Assembly (NCBI RefSeq): GCF_004010195.1
Contig: NC_057711.1
Span: forward strand, 76,966,685 to 77,030,684
Length of the DNA stretch: 64,000 bases
Reading direction: 5' to 3'
DNA from: Chiloscyllium plagiosum
Lineage: Eukaryota
Below are positions 47,833-58,762 of the stretch, piece by piece. The translations under genes were made by a program, and so were the position numbers. Numbering within the stretch: the first letter of the stretch is position 1; each line of letters begins with the position of its first letter. The notes beneath the pieces are model-generated. The model had not been told where the DNA came from. It did not search any database and saw only the letters and a program-made list of their open reading frames with translations.

Positions 47833-50080
47833 ACAAAGAACAAAGGAACAAAGGAAAGGCATTTTTCCCTTAAACTTTTCCCCTCTCACCTTGAACTCAT
47901 GATCCCTTGTAATTGAGTTCCCACTCTGGGAAAACGTTTCTTGCTATCCACTCTGTTGATATCTTTCATGTAGACCTCAATCAGGACCCCCTCAACCTCT
48001 GTCTTTCTAACAAAAATAATCCTAACCTACTCAACCTCTCTTCATAGCTAGAACCCTCCATACCAGGCAACATTCTGGTGAACTTCCTGTGCACCCTCTC
48101 CAAATCATCTACACCCTTTTGGTAATGTGGTGACCAGAACTATACACAGTGTTCCAAATGTGGCGGAACCGAAGACCTATACAACTGTAACATGATCTGC
48201 CCACTTTTGTACTCAATATCCTGTCCAATAAAGGAAAGCATGCCATATGCCTTCTTGACCATTCTATCCAGAGGCTGAATAGGCTGGAGCTGTTTTCCCT
48301 GGAGCAGTGGAGGCTGAGGGGTGACCTTATAGAGGTTTATGAAGTCATGAGGGGCATGGATAGGATAAATAGACAAGATCTTTTCCCTGGGGTGGGGGAG
48401 TCCAGAACTAAAGGGCATAGGTTTAGGGTGAGAAGGGAAAGATATAAAAGGGACCTAAGGGGCAACATTTTCACACAGAGGGTGTTGCGTGTATGGAATG
48501 AGCTGCCAGAGGAAGTGGTGGAAGCTGGTACAATTACAGCATTTAAAAGGCATCTGGATGCATATATGAATAGGAAGGGTTAAGAGGGATATGGGCCAAG
48601 TGCTGGCAAATGGGACTAGATTAGATTAGGATATCTGGTCAGTATGAATGAGTTGGACTGAAGAGTCTGTATCCGTGCTGAATATCTCTATGATTCTATC
48701 ACCTGCAATGCCATCTTCAGGGTACAATGGACCTGAACACCCAGATCTCTCAGTACATCAATTTTCCCCAAGGCTTTTCCAGTTACCGTGTAGTTCGCTC
48801 TTGAATTGGATATTCCAAAATGCATCACCTCACATTTGCCTGGATTGAACTCAGTCTGCCATTTCTCTGCCCAACTCTCCAATCTATCTAAATTCTGCTG
48901 CATTCTCCAACAATCCCCTTCACTACCTGCTACTCCACCAATATTAGTGTCATTGTAAACTTGCAAATCAGACCACCTATACCTTCCTCCAAATCATTTA
49001 TGTTCATCACAAACAACAGTTGTCCCAACACAGATGCCTGTGGAACACCACTGGTCACAATTCTTCATTTTGAGAAACTCCCTTCCACTACTACTGTCAC
49101 CTGCTGTAAAGCCAGTTTCTATCCATCTGGTTAATATACTCTGGACCCCATGCGACTTCACTTTCTCCAACAGCCTATCATGGCGAAACTTTGCCTTACT
49201 TAAGTCCTGTATATGATATCTATATCATTTCCCTCAATCAACTTTGCCACTTCCTCAAAGGATTCTATTAAGTTGGTAAGACATGACATTCCCCGCACAA
49301 AACCATGTTGCCTATCACTGATAAGCCCATTTTCTTCCAAAGGTAAATAGATCCTATCACTCAGTATCTTCTCCAGCAGCTTCCCTACCACTTTATATAG
49401 GCTCATCAGTCTATAATTACCTGGTTAATCCCTGCTACCGTTCTTAAACAAGGGGACAACATTCGCAATTCTCCAATCCTCTGGTACCTCATCCAAGTTC
49501 AAGGATGCTGTAAAGGTATCTGTTAAGACCCCAACTATTTCCCATCTTGCTTCCCTCAGTAATCTGGGATAGATCCCATCTGGACCTGGGGACTTGTCCA
49601 CCTTCATGCCTTTCAGAATACCCAACACTTCCTCCCTCCTTATGCCAACTTGACGTAGAGTAATTAAACATCTATCCCTAACCTCAACATCCGTCATGTC
49701 CCTCTCCTTGGTGAATACCGATGCAAAATACTCATTAAGAATCTCACCCATTTTCTCTGATTCCATGCATAACCTTCCTCTGTCCTCGAGTGGGCCAATC
49801 CTTTCCCTAGTTACCCTCTTGCTCCTTATATATGAACAAAAGGCTTTGGGATTTTCTTTAACCCTGTTTGCTAAAGATATTTCATGAACCCTTTTAGCCC
49901 TCTTAATTCCTCGTTTCAAATTGGTCCTACTTTCCCGATATTCTTCCAAAGCTTCATCTGTTTTCAGTCACCTAGATAATATGTATGCTTCTTTTTTTTC
50001 TCTTAGCTAGTCTCACAATTTCACCTGTCATCCATTGTTCTTAATCTTGCCATTTCTATTCCTCATTTCTATCCCACGTA
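47833..50080 (-). mobile_element. CR1 LINE, 5'-truncated
   Basis: VKENPKAF, KVDKSPGPDGIYPRLLRE, PEDWRIANVVPLFK, WQTEFNPGKCEVMHFG; (acaaaga)n tail. Confidence 0.93.
48271..48692 (+). mobile_element. CR1 3' fragment nested antisense in another CR1
   Basis: RGMDRINRQDLFPGVGESRTKGHRF..; flanked by an attctatc duplication (48261-48268, 48693-48700). Confidence 0.9.
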
Positions 50081-50195
50081 CCCTAAATAGCTAAGTCTTC
50101 TAATGAAAAGGTGAAGAGATGGACTCATGATTAAGCTGTGACAATTTTGTCATGGACTCATTATTATAATTCAATTTACAGTAGTCCAACAGTTT

Positions 50196-50322
50196 ATTCC
50201 TAGTGAAGGGCTTATACCCGAAATGTCAACTCTCCTGTTCCTTGGGTGTTGCCTTACCTGCTGTGCTTTTCATGCTCCACGGTGACTCTGACTCTCCAGC
50301 ATCTACAGTCCTCACTTTCTCC
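50196..50322 (+). mobile_element. Penelope-type terminal repeat arm (family A), decayed
   Basis: ttcctagtgaagggcttatacccgaaatgtc...ccagcatctacagtcctcactttctcc. Confidence 0.65.
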
Positions 50323-50400
50323 CAATAATTTATTTTGTATTCTTTCGCTTTATAGTTATCTAAGTAACTCACATGAATTTTCAAATTTGTCTCATTGATT

Positions 50401-50700
50401 GGGCAGCACGGTGGCTCAGTGGTTAGCACTGCTGCCTCACAGCACCAGAGTCCCAGGTTCTATCCCAGCCTCAGGGGACTCTGTGTGGAGTTTGCACATT
50501 CTCCCCGTGTCTGCGTGGGTTTCCTCCCACAGTCCAAAGATGTTCAGGTTAGGTGAATTGGCCATGCTAAATTGCCCATAGTGCTAGGTGCATTAGAGAG
50601 GGGGAAATGGTTCTGGATGGGTTACTCTTCAGAGAGTCGGTGTTGACTGGTTGGGCTGAAGGGTCTGTTTCCGTATTGTAGGGAATCTAATCTAATCTTT
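50401..50700 (+). mobile_element. HE1/V-SINE with target-site duplication
   Basis: Full head, (taatc)n tail; cattgattgg at 50393-50402 and 50702-50711. Confidence 0.92.
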
Positions 50701-52889
50701 GCATTGATTGGCATGGCTAAAGTCATAGATTATTATATTATTCATGTGTCTATTCATGAGAGCATTTCTATACTAAGCTGTGTTACCCATCATCACTGGT
50801 TCTTTCCATCTGTTTGTTCAGTGCTTTGAGAATGGTGGTAATAGAAGCAATACAAATGCTCATTATTGTGCAACTCATCATATTCAACTTTAGATTTTTC
50901 AAATGTGAATCAAAACATAGGATTTTATCTTCAAACATCTTCATTTTTATCAGAAATTGTTTGTTATTTTGTGACAAAAATAAATCAAGTTTTAGAAAGC
51001 TACAGTTAAATGCAAGTTCCTATCACTTCCTGCATTTTGACACACGGACAACAAACAGTTAATTCTTAGCATCTTATTAGCAGATGAAAGAGGCGTAATT
51101 CTAAAAACTAACTTAATGCATGAATCTATGGCTCTATCACATCACAAACTGCACAAGAGGATAAATTAGTGGGAACACCATTTCCTTTGTATTAAATATT
51201 CAGAGCAGGAGTTGTCAAGTAGACTTCCTGCTATGTCCATGTTCAGCTGATTTTTACAGCAATAATTTATGACTTCTGCTAAATCTAATGACACATTGGA
51301 TAATAATAGAATCCTGAATTTTAATTACAGTATGCAAATCAGCCAAGCAAAAAATAACCAGCCATCTTCTAATGAAGAAAGACAATTAAATATGACAGGC
51401 CTTTAGAATTGGAGTGATCTGTTTGTATTGAACTTTGACATAAAGCATATTAAAACTGAACACCAGCTCAACTAGGAACATATCATAACCAAAAAACAAG
51501 AAGGTTGACAGAAAGAAAAATATTTTTAAGATAGTTTCTAATGTAATTATTGTATTTATTATCAGTAGTTCAATTTCATTCATTGCCTTGGAATTATCTT
51601 TATATTCAGTTATTGAAAATTAAATAAAGTATTTGCCTTGCTCAGTCATTGTTTGAACATGTCTATAATTGTAGTATTGAGTACTTCCAGGTGGAAAATA
51701 GTACACTTGCCAATAAAGCTGGTTTGTTTCCCTGATTCAATGAACCACTGCATGACATAGTGAGAGCCTAAGCCCTGTGGCTGAGACCTGTACTTAATCA
51801 CCAGTTTGGAATCTTAGCTTATCTTGAGTTGGCCAGTCTCAGCCAGAGTCCCAGTGAGCTGTGCAATTAAACCTGGATTAGGGAAAGGAAAATTCAACAA
51901 TGCTCACTTTCCAATTCCAATGTAAATGTATATACAAGGCTTTTGAATGAAAACAAGATCAGGCTCAAAAGTGATCAACCAATTTTAATCAATATAATAA
52001 AATAATCAGTATAGTAAATGTCACTGGTTGGCATCAAGTAATCTCTGGAACAATCCAGGGCAGATATCATTTTTCACTTGGACCATTAAATGTACATCAC
52101 ATTTTCAAATGTTAGGCTGATGTAGTGGTTTTAATATTTGTAAAATAAAAAGGGAATGTCAAGCCTATAATTATAAAACTCTCTCAAATGAAATGTCCTG
52201 CGATAATGAAAGGCAAGTTCTTCCTTAAGCAGTTCAGCTATTTTCCAATATTTCTTTATGCTGTCTCTGCAAAACATAAACAATGGCGGTTCTTCAGATT
52301 GATAAGAGATATAATTGACACTTAACGTTCTAGTGTGTCAGGATGTTAAATCAGTGAAAGTAGGCTTATTTGCTTCCAAAAATAAACTTCCAAATGATGC
52401 ATTTGAAGTTTAACATCATAGACAGAATCAACAAATACTGATCAGACAGGTTGTACACAATTGTGAAAGGTTCAGTTGCTCAAAATCATAAAAAGGTTCA
52501 AAATAATAATAGAAAATATTAGAAGAGAAGATCTGAAGAAGATTTTTAAACTCAGTTGCATTACCATTGTGGAATAAGTTAGGCTACAAGTCTATGGAAT
52601 AGACAATATACAAAAGACTCAATATAAATGAATTTCTGGAGACATATGGGATTGCAAAAATTGCTGAGAAGACTGAGATTATTTGTTTAGACAAGCATGC
52701 AGGAGATTCCTGCATTATAAAGTACTTCATTCTACCATAAAATGCCCAATATTTGTCTGAGGCAGTAGAGATGGAAACTGTTCAGCACATTTCCTAGCTT
52801 TCAAAAGTTGCCCAAGTTTCACAGCTATAAACTAGTTACAGAGACCACAAAACTTGTTGCAGTTTCAGTTAGTTTGTACTTGGTCCACA

Positions 52890-53360
52890 AGTGACTTCCT
52901 TACCCTGATATGACATCTGTACCCTTGGCAACCCTGGTGCTGAATTTGGTATCAAGACGTAGGTTATTTGTAATGTTTGATCCAGTGTATGTGAAGCTGT
53001 GGATAACATCCAGGGTAAGGGTATTCATGCTGATGTTCTGGCCCAGAACTTCAGTTTTTCTGGAACAGATTGCCAGGCCAAATCCCTTGCAGGCCCAGCA
53101 CAAGCTACCTACAAATTGTTGCAAGTGGCCTTCAGCATATGATGTTAGTGCAGCATCATCAGCAAACAGCAAACCTCAGACTAGAACATTACACACATTA
53201 GTCAGGTTTTCCAACAGCTCCATTTGATGTTGCCAAAACTCGAAAGGATTTGCCAAAGTTTTATCGCCAAGGTACAGCCTTGCTTTAACCCATGACTGAT
53301 CTTAAAAGTGTCTGATGTTGCTCTATTACAACTGGTGATATCATGTGGAAAGAGGAAATG
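52890..53360 (-). mobile_element. RTE-clade LINE RT fragment
   Basis: SDTFKISHGLKQGCTLA and LFADDAALTS...FGLAICSRKTEVL..FTYTGS are RTE-type RT motifs. Confidence 0.8.
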
Positions 53361-53464
53361 CTGCCCAGGTGTCCAAGTGGGAAGTTTAATTTTCAAGGAA
53401 AGGATCCTGTTGGGAATCAGCTATGTTGTAGCATTCGCCTGAAAACCACCTGATAAATGACAAA

Positions 53465-53697
53465 GGTAAAAACAATGACTGCAGATACTGGAAACAAGAG
53501 TCTAGATTAGAGTGGTGCTGGAAAAACACAGCAGTTCAGGCAGCATCCGAAGACCAGTAAAATCGATAAATTCTCTCCACCCTTCAGGCACTCTGCCTGT
53601 ATTCCTGATGAAGGGTTTTGCCCGAAACGTCGATTTTACTGCTGCTTGGATGCTGCCTGAACTGTTGTGTTTTTCCAGCACCACTCTAATCTAGACT
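53465..53697. mobile_element. Fold-back Penelope-type element (family A-related) with 15-bp TSD
   Basis: ctgataaatgacaaa at 53450-53464 and 53698-53712; near-perfect inverted arms (about 53497-53566 versus 53630-53698). Confidence 0.85.
53601..53635 (+). ncRNA. Putative minimal type-I hammerhead ribozyme
   Basis: AUUC CUGAUGA A GGGU-uuu-GCCC GAA ACGU C GAUU: intact core, palindromic ACGU stem III, GUC triplet, weak stem I. Confidence 0.55.
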
Positions 53698-54940
53698 CTG
53701 ATAAATGACAAATTATTACCTGTGGGACTCCACTCCAGACTTTGTCAGGTTTATTCCCTTAGCTATCTTCCCTCCCAAGAGACAGAGGGATTAGAAACGA
53801 AGGGTAGAAATATTGTTTATAGATATCCTGGCATAACCACATGCTGATGGAAACGTAGAGGTCTGCTTGTACAAGGCAAAGCCTCCTGAGAGTCCTGTAG
53901 TTGAGGCTGGCTTCATAAAGTTCCCAGTTTACATAAGTGGAGAGGCTCTCTCCAGCTTGATCAAGTGGACATGTACAGATGGGAAAGGCTGATGCTTTCA
54001 GCTTGTTTTTCACAATCCTGCTAGCCAGCGGTGAGATTTGAAAGCGAGAAGTGACAGCCAGACTAATCACTGTGCATCGCACTGACACACTTAATGCAAC
54101 ATTTCTACCAGAGGTATACACTAGGAGTTCTAATAAAACCAGTTATGTTATTAACAGCTTTTCTATAACATGACAAACATTGGGACACCATAGCTTCAAA
54201 GCAACAGAAAAAAGGCCAAACATTTCCTTGTTTAAAACCTTCGTAAATTTTAACAGGCTGCGTGGATAAAAATCACGCCTAAGCCCCTGCCCTGTTTTTG
54301 AATAAACACGCTACCCTTCCCTCAACCCGCAGTGCTGAGGAAAAGTAGTTCACTTAATTCCAGAGTACAAGTGCTGCTCAAGAAGTCTACCAACTCTCCA
54401 TCTTTAATCTCACACAAGAAGGATGATTCCAACAAACAGAAACTTAAATCTATACATTTTCAGTAGTGGAGAGAATACTATTGAGAAACAAAGTGGGAAG
54501 ATATCTCACAAATGACAAGTTTGATAAGAAATTTGCAACTATTTTCTAAATTTGTTTCAATTCTGATAAACAAAGTATCAAATGTTATGGATAGAAGGTG
54601 AGTAAATGGAGGCAAGGTAGAGATCAACCATGATCTAATGGAATAATCTAAGGGTGAAATGGACTAATCTTAATCCTGGTCTCAGGAATCATGCACAACT
54701 AAGCTTCTGCCATCAGCTCAGAAAGAAATCATAATTAGTACCAAACTAACTTCAAAGGAAGGTCAACATACAATTCAACTATGCATTTTTTTCAAATTTT
54801 TGAAAAATTTCAGAAACAGGTATCTGGTGAGACTCAGTTCCTGTAAGTTCTGATTCGGTAAACTCAGTTTCAGCTGGTTTATTAATTGTTAAATGTTTTG
54901 TATCTGGCTGTTTGTTGTCACATTGTGAGATTTAAGTGGA

Positions 54941-56310
54941 CATAGAAAGACAGATAATCAGAACAGTAGCAGAGGATTCAGTGCTTCGAGCCTGTTCTGC
55001 CATCTAATCTGAGCATGGCTGATCATCCAACTCAGTATCCTATTCCTGCTTTCACCTCATATCCTTTGATCCCTTTAGCCCTAAGAAATATATCTATCTC
55101 CTTCCTGAAAACATTCAATGCTTTGGCCTCAACTGCACGCTGTGGTAGAGAATTCCTGTATTCATCACTCTCTGGGTGAAGAAAATCCTACACATCTCAG
55201 TCCTAAATGCCATAGCCTGTTTCCTGAGACTGTGACAGTTTCTGGCCTCCCCAATCATCAAAAACATCCTTCCTGCGTCTACCCTGTCTTATCCTATTAT
55301 AAATGTATAGGTTTCCACAAGATCATTCTTCTAAACTCCATGGAATAAAGTCCTAAATGATTAAGTTTCCTTTCGTACATCAGTCCATGCCTGGAATCAA
55401 TCTTGTAAACTTTCTTTGCACTCCCTCGAAGCCAGAACATCCTTCTTCAGATAAGACAACAAAAACTGTACACAATACTGCAGGTATGGCGTCACTAAGG
55501 CCCTGTACAATTGCAGCAAGACATCTCTGCCACTGTATTTGAATCCTCTCACTGTGAAAGTCTACATACCCATTCACCACCTGCTGCACCTGCATGCTCA
55601 CTTTCACTGACTGCTGTAGAAGGAACACAAATCTGATTGCACCTCCTCCTTTATTATTTATCGCCATTCAGGTAATAATACACCTTCCTGTTTCTGCTAC
55701 CAAAAGTGGATACCTCATATTAATCCACAATATACTTCATATGCCATGCGTTTGCCCACTCACTCAACTTGACCAAATCATGTTGAAGCATTTCTGCACC
55801 CTCCTTACAGTTCACCCTCCCATCCAATTTTATATCATCTGCAAACTTGGTGATATTACATTTAGATCCCTCATCTAAGTCATTAATATGAATATGTATT
55901 GTATTCTCAAGGGTCTAAGCACTGATCCCTGTGGTACCTGTCACTGGTTATGACTCTTTGTTTCCTGTCTGCCAACCAGTTCTCTTTCCATGTCAGTACA
56001 TTACCCCCAAGTCCATGCATTTTCATTTTGTATGCTAATCTCTTGTCTGGGACATTATAAAAAAACACCTACTGAAAGTCCAACTAAGCCACATCCACTG
56101 GTTGTCCTTTATCAACTCTACTTCTTATATCCTTGAAAGATTTCAATACCTTTGTCAAGCATGATTTCCTTTTCATAAATCCATGCTGACTCTGTCCAAT
56201 TGTGTCACCATCTTTCAAGTGTTCAAGCTATTAAATCTTTTGTGATTTTGAGCATTTCCCTACTATCAATGTCAGGTTGATAATTCTTTACTCCCTCTTA
56301 TAGCTGCCCA
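54941..56310 (-). mobile_element. CR1 LINE 3' part, moderately old
   Basis: EGVQRKFTRLIPGM; atcatctgcaaactt (KFADD in reverse); aaatccatgctgact (SQHGF in reverse). Confidence 0.8.
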
Positions 56311-56654
56311 TGTTGAAGATAACATAAAATGGCCGATAATGGCTGTCAGCCGAGGGTGGAAAGGGCAACAGGAGTATTTGGTGTTTCCCCTTTCTCATGA
56401 TGCTATCTATCCACTTGCATAAAAAAAACAGGGTGGAAATAGAAAACCCCAAGATGATGAGAAAATCAACCAAGTCACAGACCATATTCCCATTTATAGT
56501 GAGAAATGCCTCTGGAGGTTTACAAGTATTATATCAACACATAACAAAATGAAAGCGACCATAATTCTATTCATTTTAAAACAGTGATGGAAAAGGATAG
56601 ACCAGATCTAAAAGTTGAAGTTCTAAATTGGAGAAAGGCCAATTTTGACGGTAT

Positions 56655-56785
56655 TCAGGAATGAAGAAGGGCTTATGCCCGAAACGTCAATTCTCCTGCT
56701 CCTTGGAAGGCTGCCTGAACTGCTGCGCTTTTCCAGCAACACATTTTTCAGCTCTGATCTCCAGCATCACAATCCTCACTTTCTC
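56655..56785 (+). mobile_element. Penelope-type terminal repeat arm (family A) inside CR1
   Basis: tgaagaagggcttatgcccgaaacgtc...ccagcaacacatttttcagctctgatctccagcatc..cctcactttctcc; reverse complement matches 3291-3352. Confidence 0.75.
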
Positions 56786-57049
56786 CCCCTCAAAAGATCA
56801 GCAAGGCAGCCTTTGTGTGGAGCCACAGAAAATGGGGGAGATACTAAATGAATATTTTGCATCAGTATTTACTGTGGAAAAGGATATGGAAGATATAGAC
56901 TGTAGGGAAATAGATGGTGACATCTTGCAAAATGTCCAGATTACAGAGGAGAAAGTGCTGGATGTCTTGAAACGGTTAAAAGTGGATAAATCCCCAAGAC
57001 CTGATCAGGTGTACTCTGTGGGAAGTGAGAGAAGTGATTGCTGGGCCTC

Positions 57050-57835
57050 NNNNNNNNNNNNNNNNNNNNNNNNNNNNNNNNNNNNNNNNNNNNNNNNNNN
57101 NNNNNNNNNNNNNNNNNNNNNNNNNNNNNNNNNNNNNNNNNNNNNNNNNNNNNNNNNNNNNNNNNNNNNNNNNNNNNNNNNNNNNNNNNNNNNNNNNNNN
57201 NNNNNNNNNNNNNNNNNNNNNNNNNNNNNNNNNNNNNNNNNNNNNNNNNNNNNNNNNNNNNNNNNNNNNNNNNNNNNNNNNNNNNNNNNNNNNNNNNNNN
57301 NNNNNNNNNNNNNNNNNNNNNNNNNNNNNNNNNNNNNNNNNNNNNNNNNNNNNNNNNNNNNNNNNNNNNNNNNNNNNNNNNNNNNNNNNNNNNNNNNNNN
57401 NNNNNNNNNNNNNNNNNNNNNNNNNNNNNNNNNNNNNNNNNNNNNNNNNNNNNNNNNNNNNNNNNNNNNNNNNNNNNNNNNNNNNNNNNNNNNNNNNNNN
57501 NNNNNNNNNNNNNNNNNNNNNNNNNNNNNNNNNNNNNNNNNNNNNNNNNNNNNNNNNNNNNNNNNNNNNNNNNNNNNNNNNNNNNNNNNNNNNNNNNNNN
57601 NNNNNNNNNNNNNNNNNNNNNNNNNNNNNNNNNNNNNNNNNNNNNNNNNNNNNNNNNNNNNNNNNNNNNNNNNNNNNNNNNNNNNNNNNNNNNNNNNNNN
57701 NNNNNNNNNNNNNNNNNNNNNNNNNNNNNNNNNNNNNNNNNNNNNNNNNNNNNNNNNNNNNNNNNNNNNNNNNNNNNNNNNNNNNNNNNNNNNNNNNNNN
57801 NNNNNNNNNNNNNNNNNNNNNNNNNNNNNNNNNNN
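57050..57835. other. Assembly gap (786 N)
   Basis: Run of N within a CR1 copy. Confidence 1.
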
Positions 57836-58451
57836 NTGTTTTCCCTGGAGCGTCGGAGGCTGAGGGGTAACCTTATAGAGGTTTACAAAATTATGAGGGG
57901 CATGTATAGGATAAATAGGCAAAGTCTTTTCCCTGGGGTTGGGGAGTCCAGAACTAGAGGGCATAGGATTAGGGTGAGAGGGGAAAGATATAAAAAAGAC
58001 CTAAGGGGCAACCTTTTCATGTAGAGGGTGGTACATGTATGGAATGAGCTGCCAGAGGATGTGGTGGAGGCTGGTACAATTGCAGAATTTAGGAGGCACT
58101 TGGATGGGTATATGAATAGGAAGGGTTTGGAGGGATATGGGCCGGGTGCTGGCAGGTGGGACTAGATTGGGTTGGGATATCTGGTCGGCATGGACAGGTT
58201 GGACCGAAAGGTCCGTTTCCATGCTGTACATCTCTATGACTCTGTGACTCTATAAGAAGAGTGATGAGCATGGTGCCTGGTTACGATATATCAATATGCT
58301 AATGTGCTACATATTCCAGCAAAATGTTACCATTAACATATCTCTAGTTCTTTTTGCCAAAAATCAAGTGTTAGAACATGATTTAAATTCCACTTACTGG
58401 TTCACAAATCTGATCTTTCACAACATAGTAAAGAAATCAATGAAAGGTAAT

Positions 58452-58690
58452 AAACAAAAACAGAAATTGCTAGAAAAAGTCAATAGATCTGGCAGAATCT
58501 GTGGAGAGTAAGCTGAGTTAATTTCTCAGGGTCCAGTGACCCTTCTTCAGAGAATGAGGTATTCTGAAGAAGGGTCACTGGACCAGAAATGTTAACTCTG
58601 CTTTCTCTCCACAGATGCTGCCAGACATGAGTTTTTCCAGTAATTTGTTTTTGTTTCTGGCTTCTATCATCTGCAGTTCTTTGTTTTTTT
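58452..58690. mobile_element. Fold-back Penelope-type element (family C)
   Basis: Inverted arms meeting at gggtccagtgacccttcttcaga-gaatgaggtat-tctgaagaagggtcactggacc. Confidence 0.75.
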
Positions 58691-58762
58691 CTCTATTATA
58701 AATTATATTGCCTTGACTAGCCACAATTACAAAATTGCAAGAACAAGGTGAAATCTTTCTTC

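Larger units (their letters stand above)
56555..58252 (+). mobile_element. CR1 LINE (same subfamily as 2165-4150) spanning the assembly gap
   Basis: MEKDRPDL, MGEILNEYFASVFTVEKD, FSLERRRLRGNLIEVYKIMRG; tail tctatgactctgtgactcta. Confidence 0.9.

Noticed and set aside
53502..53694. Two similar 60-aa ORFs on opposite strands
   Set aside because: Consequence of the inverted-repeat element, not genes.
56661..58024. Long ORFs of 281-400 aa
   Set aside because: Artefacts of translating the N gap.
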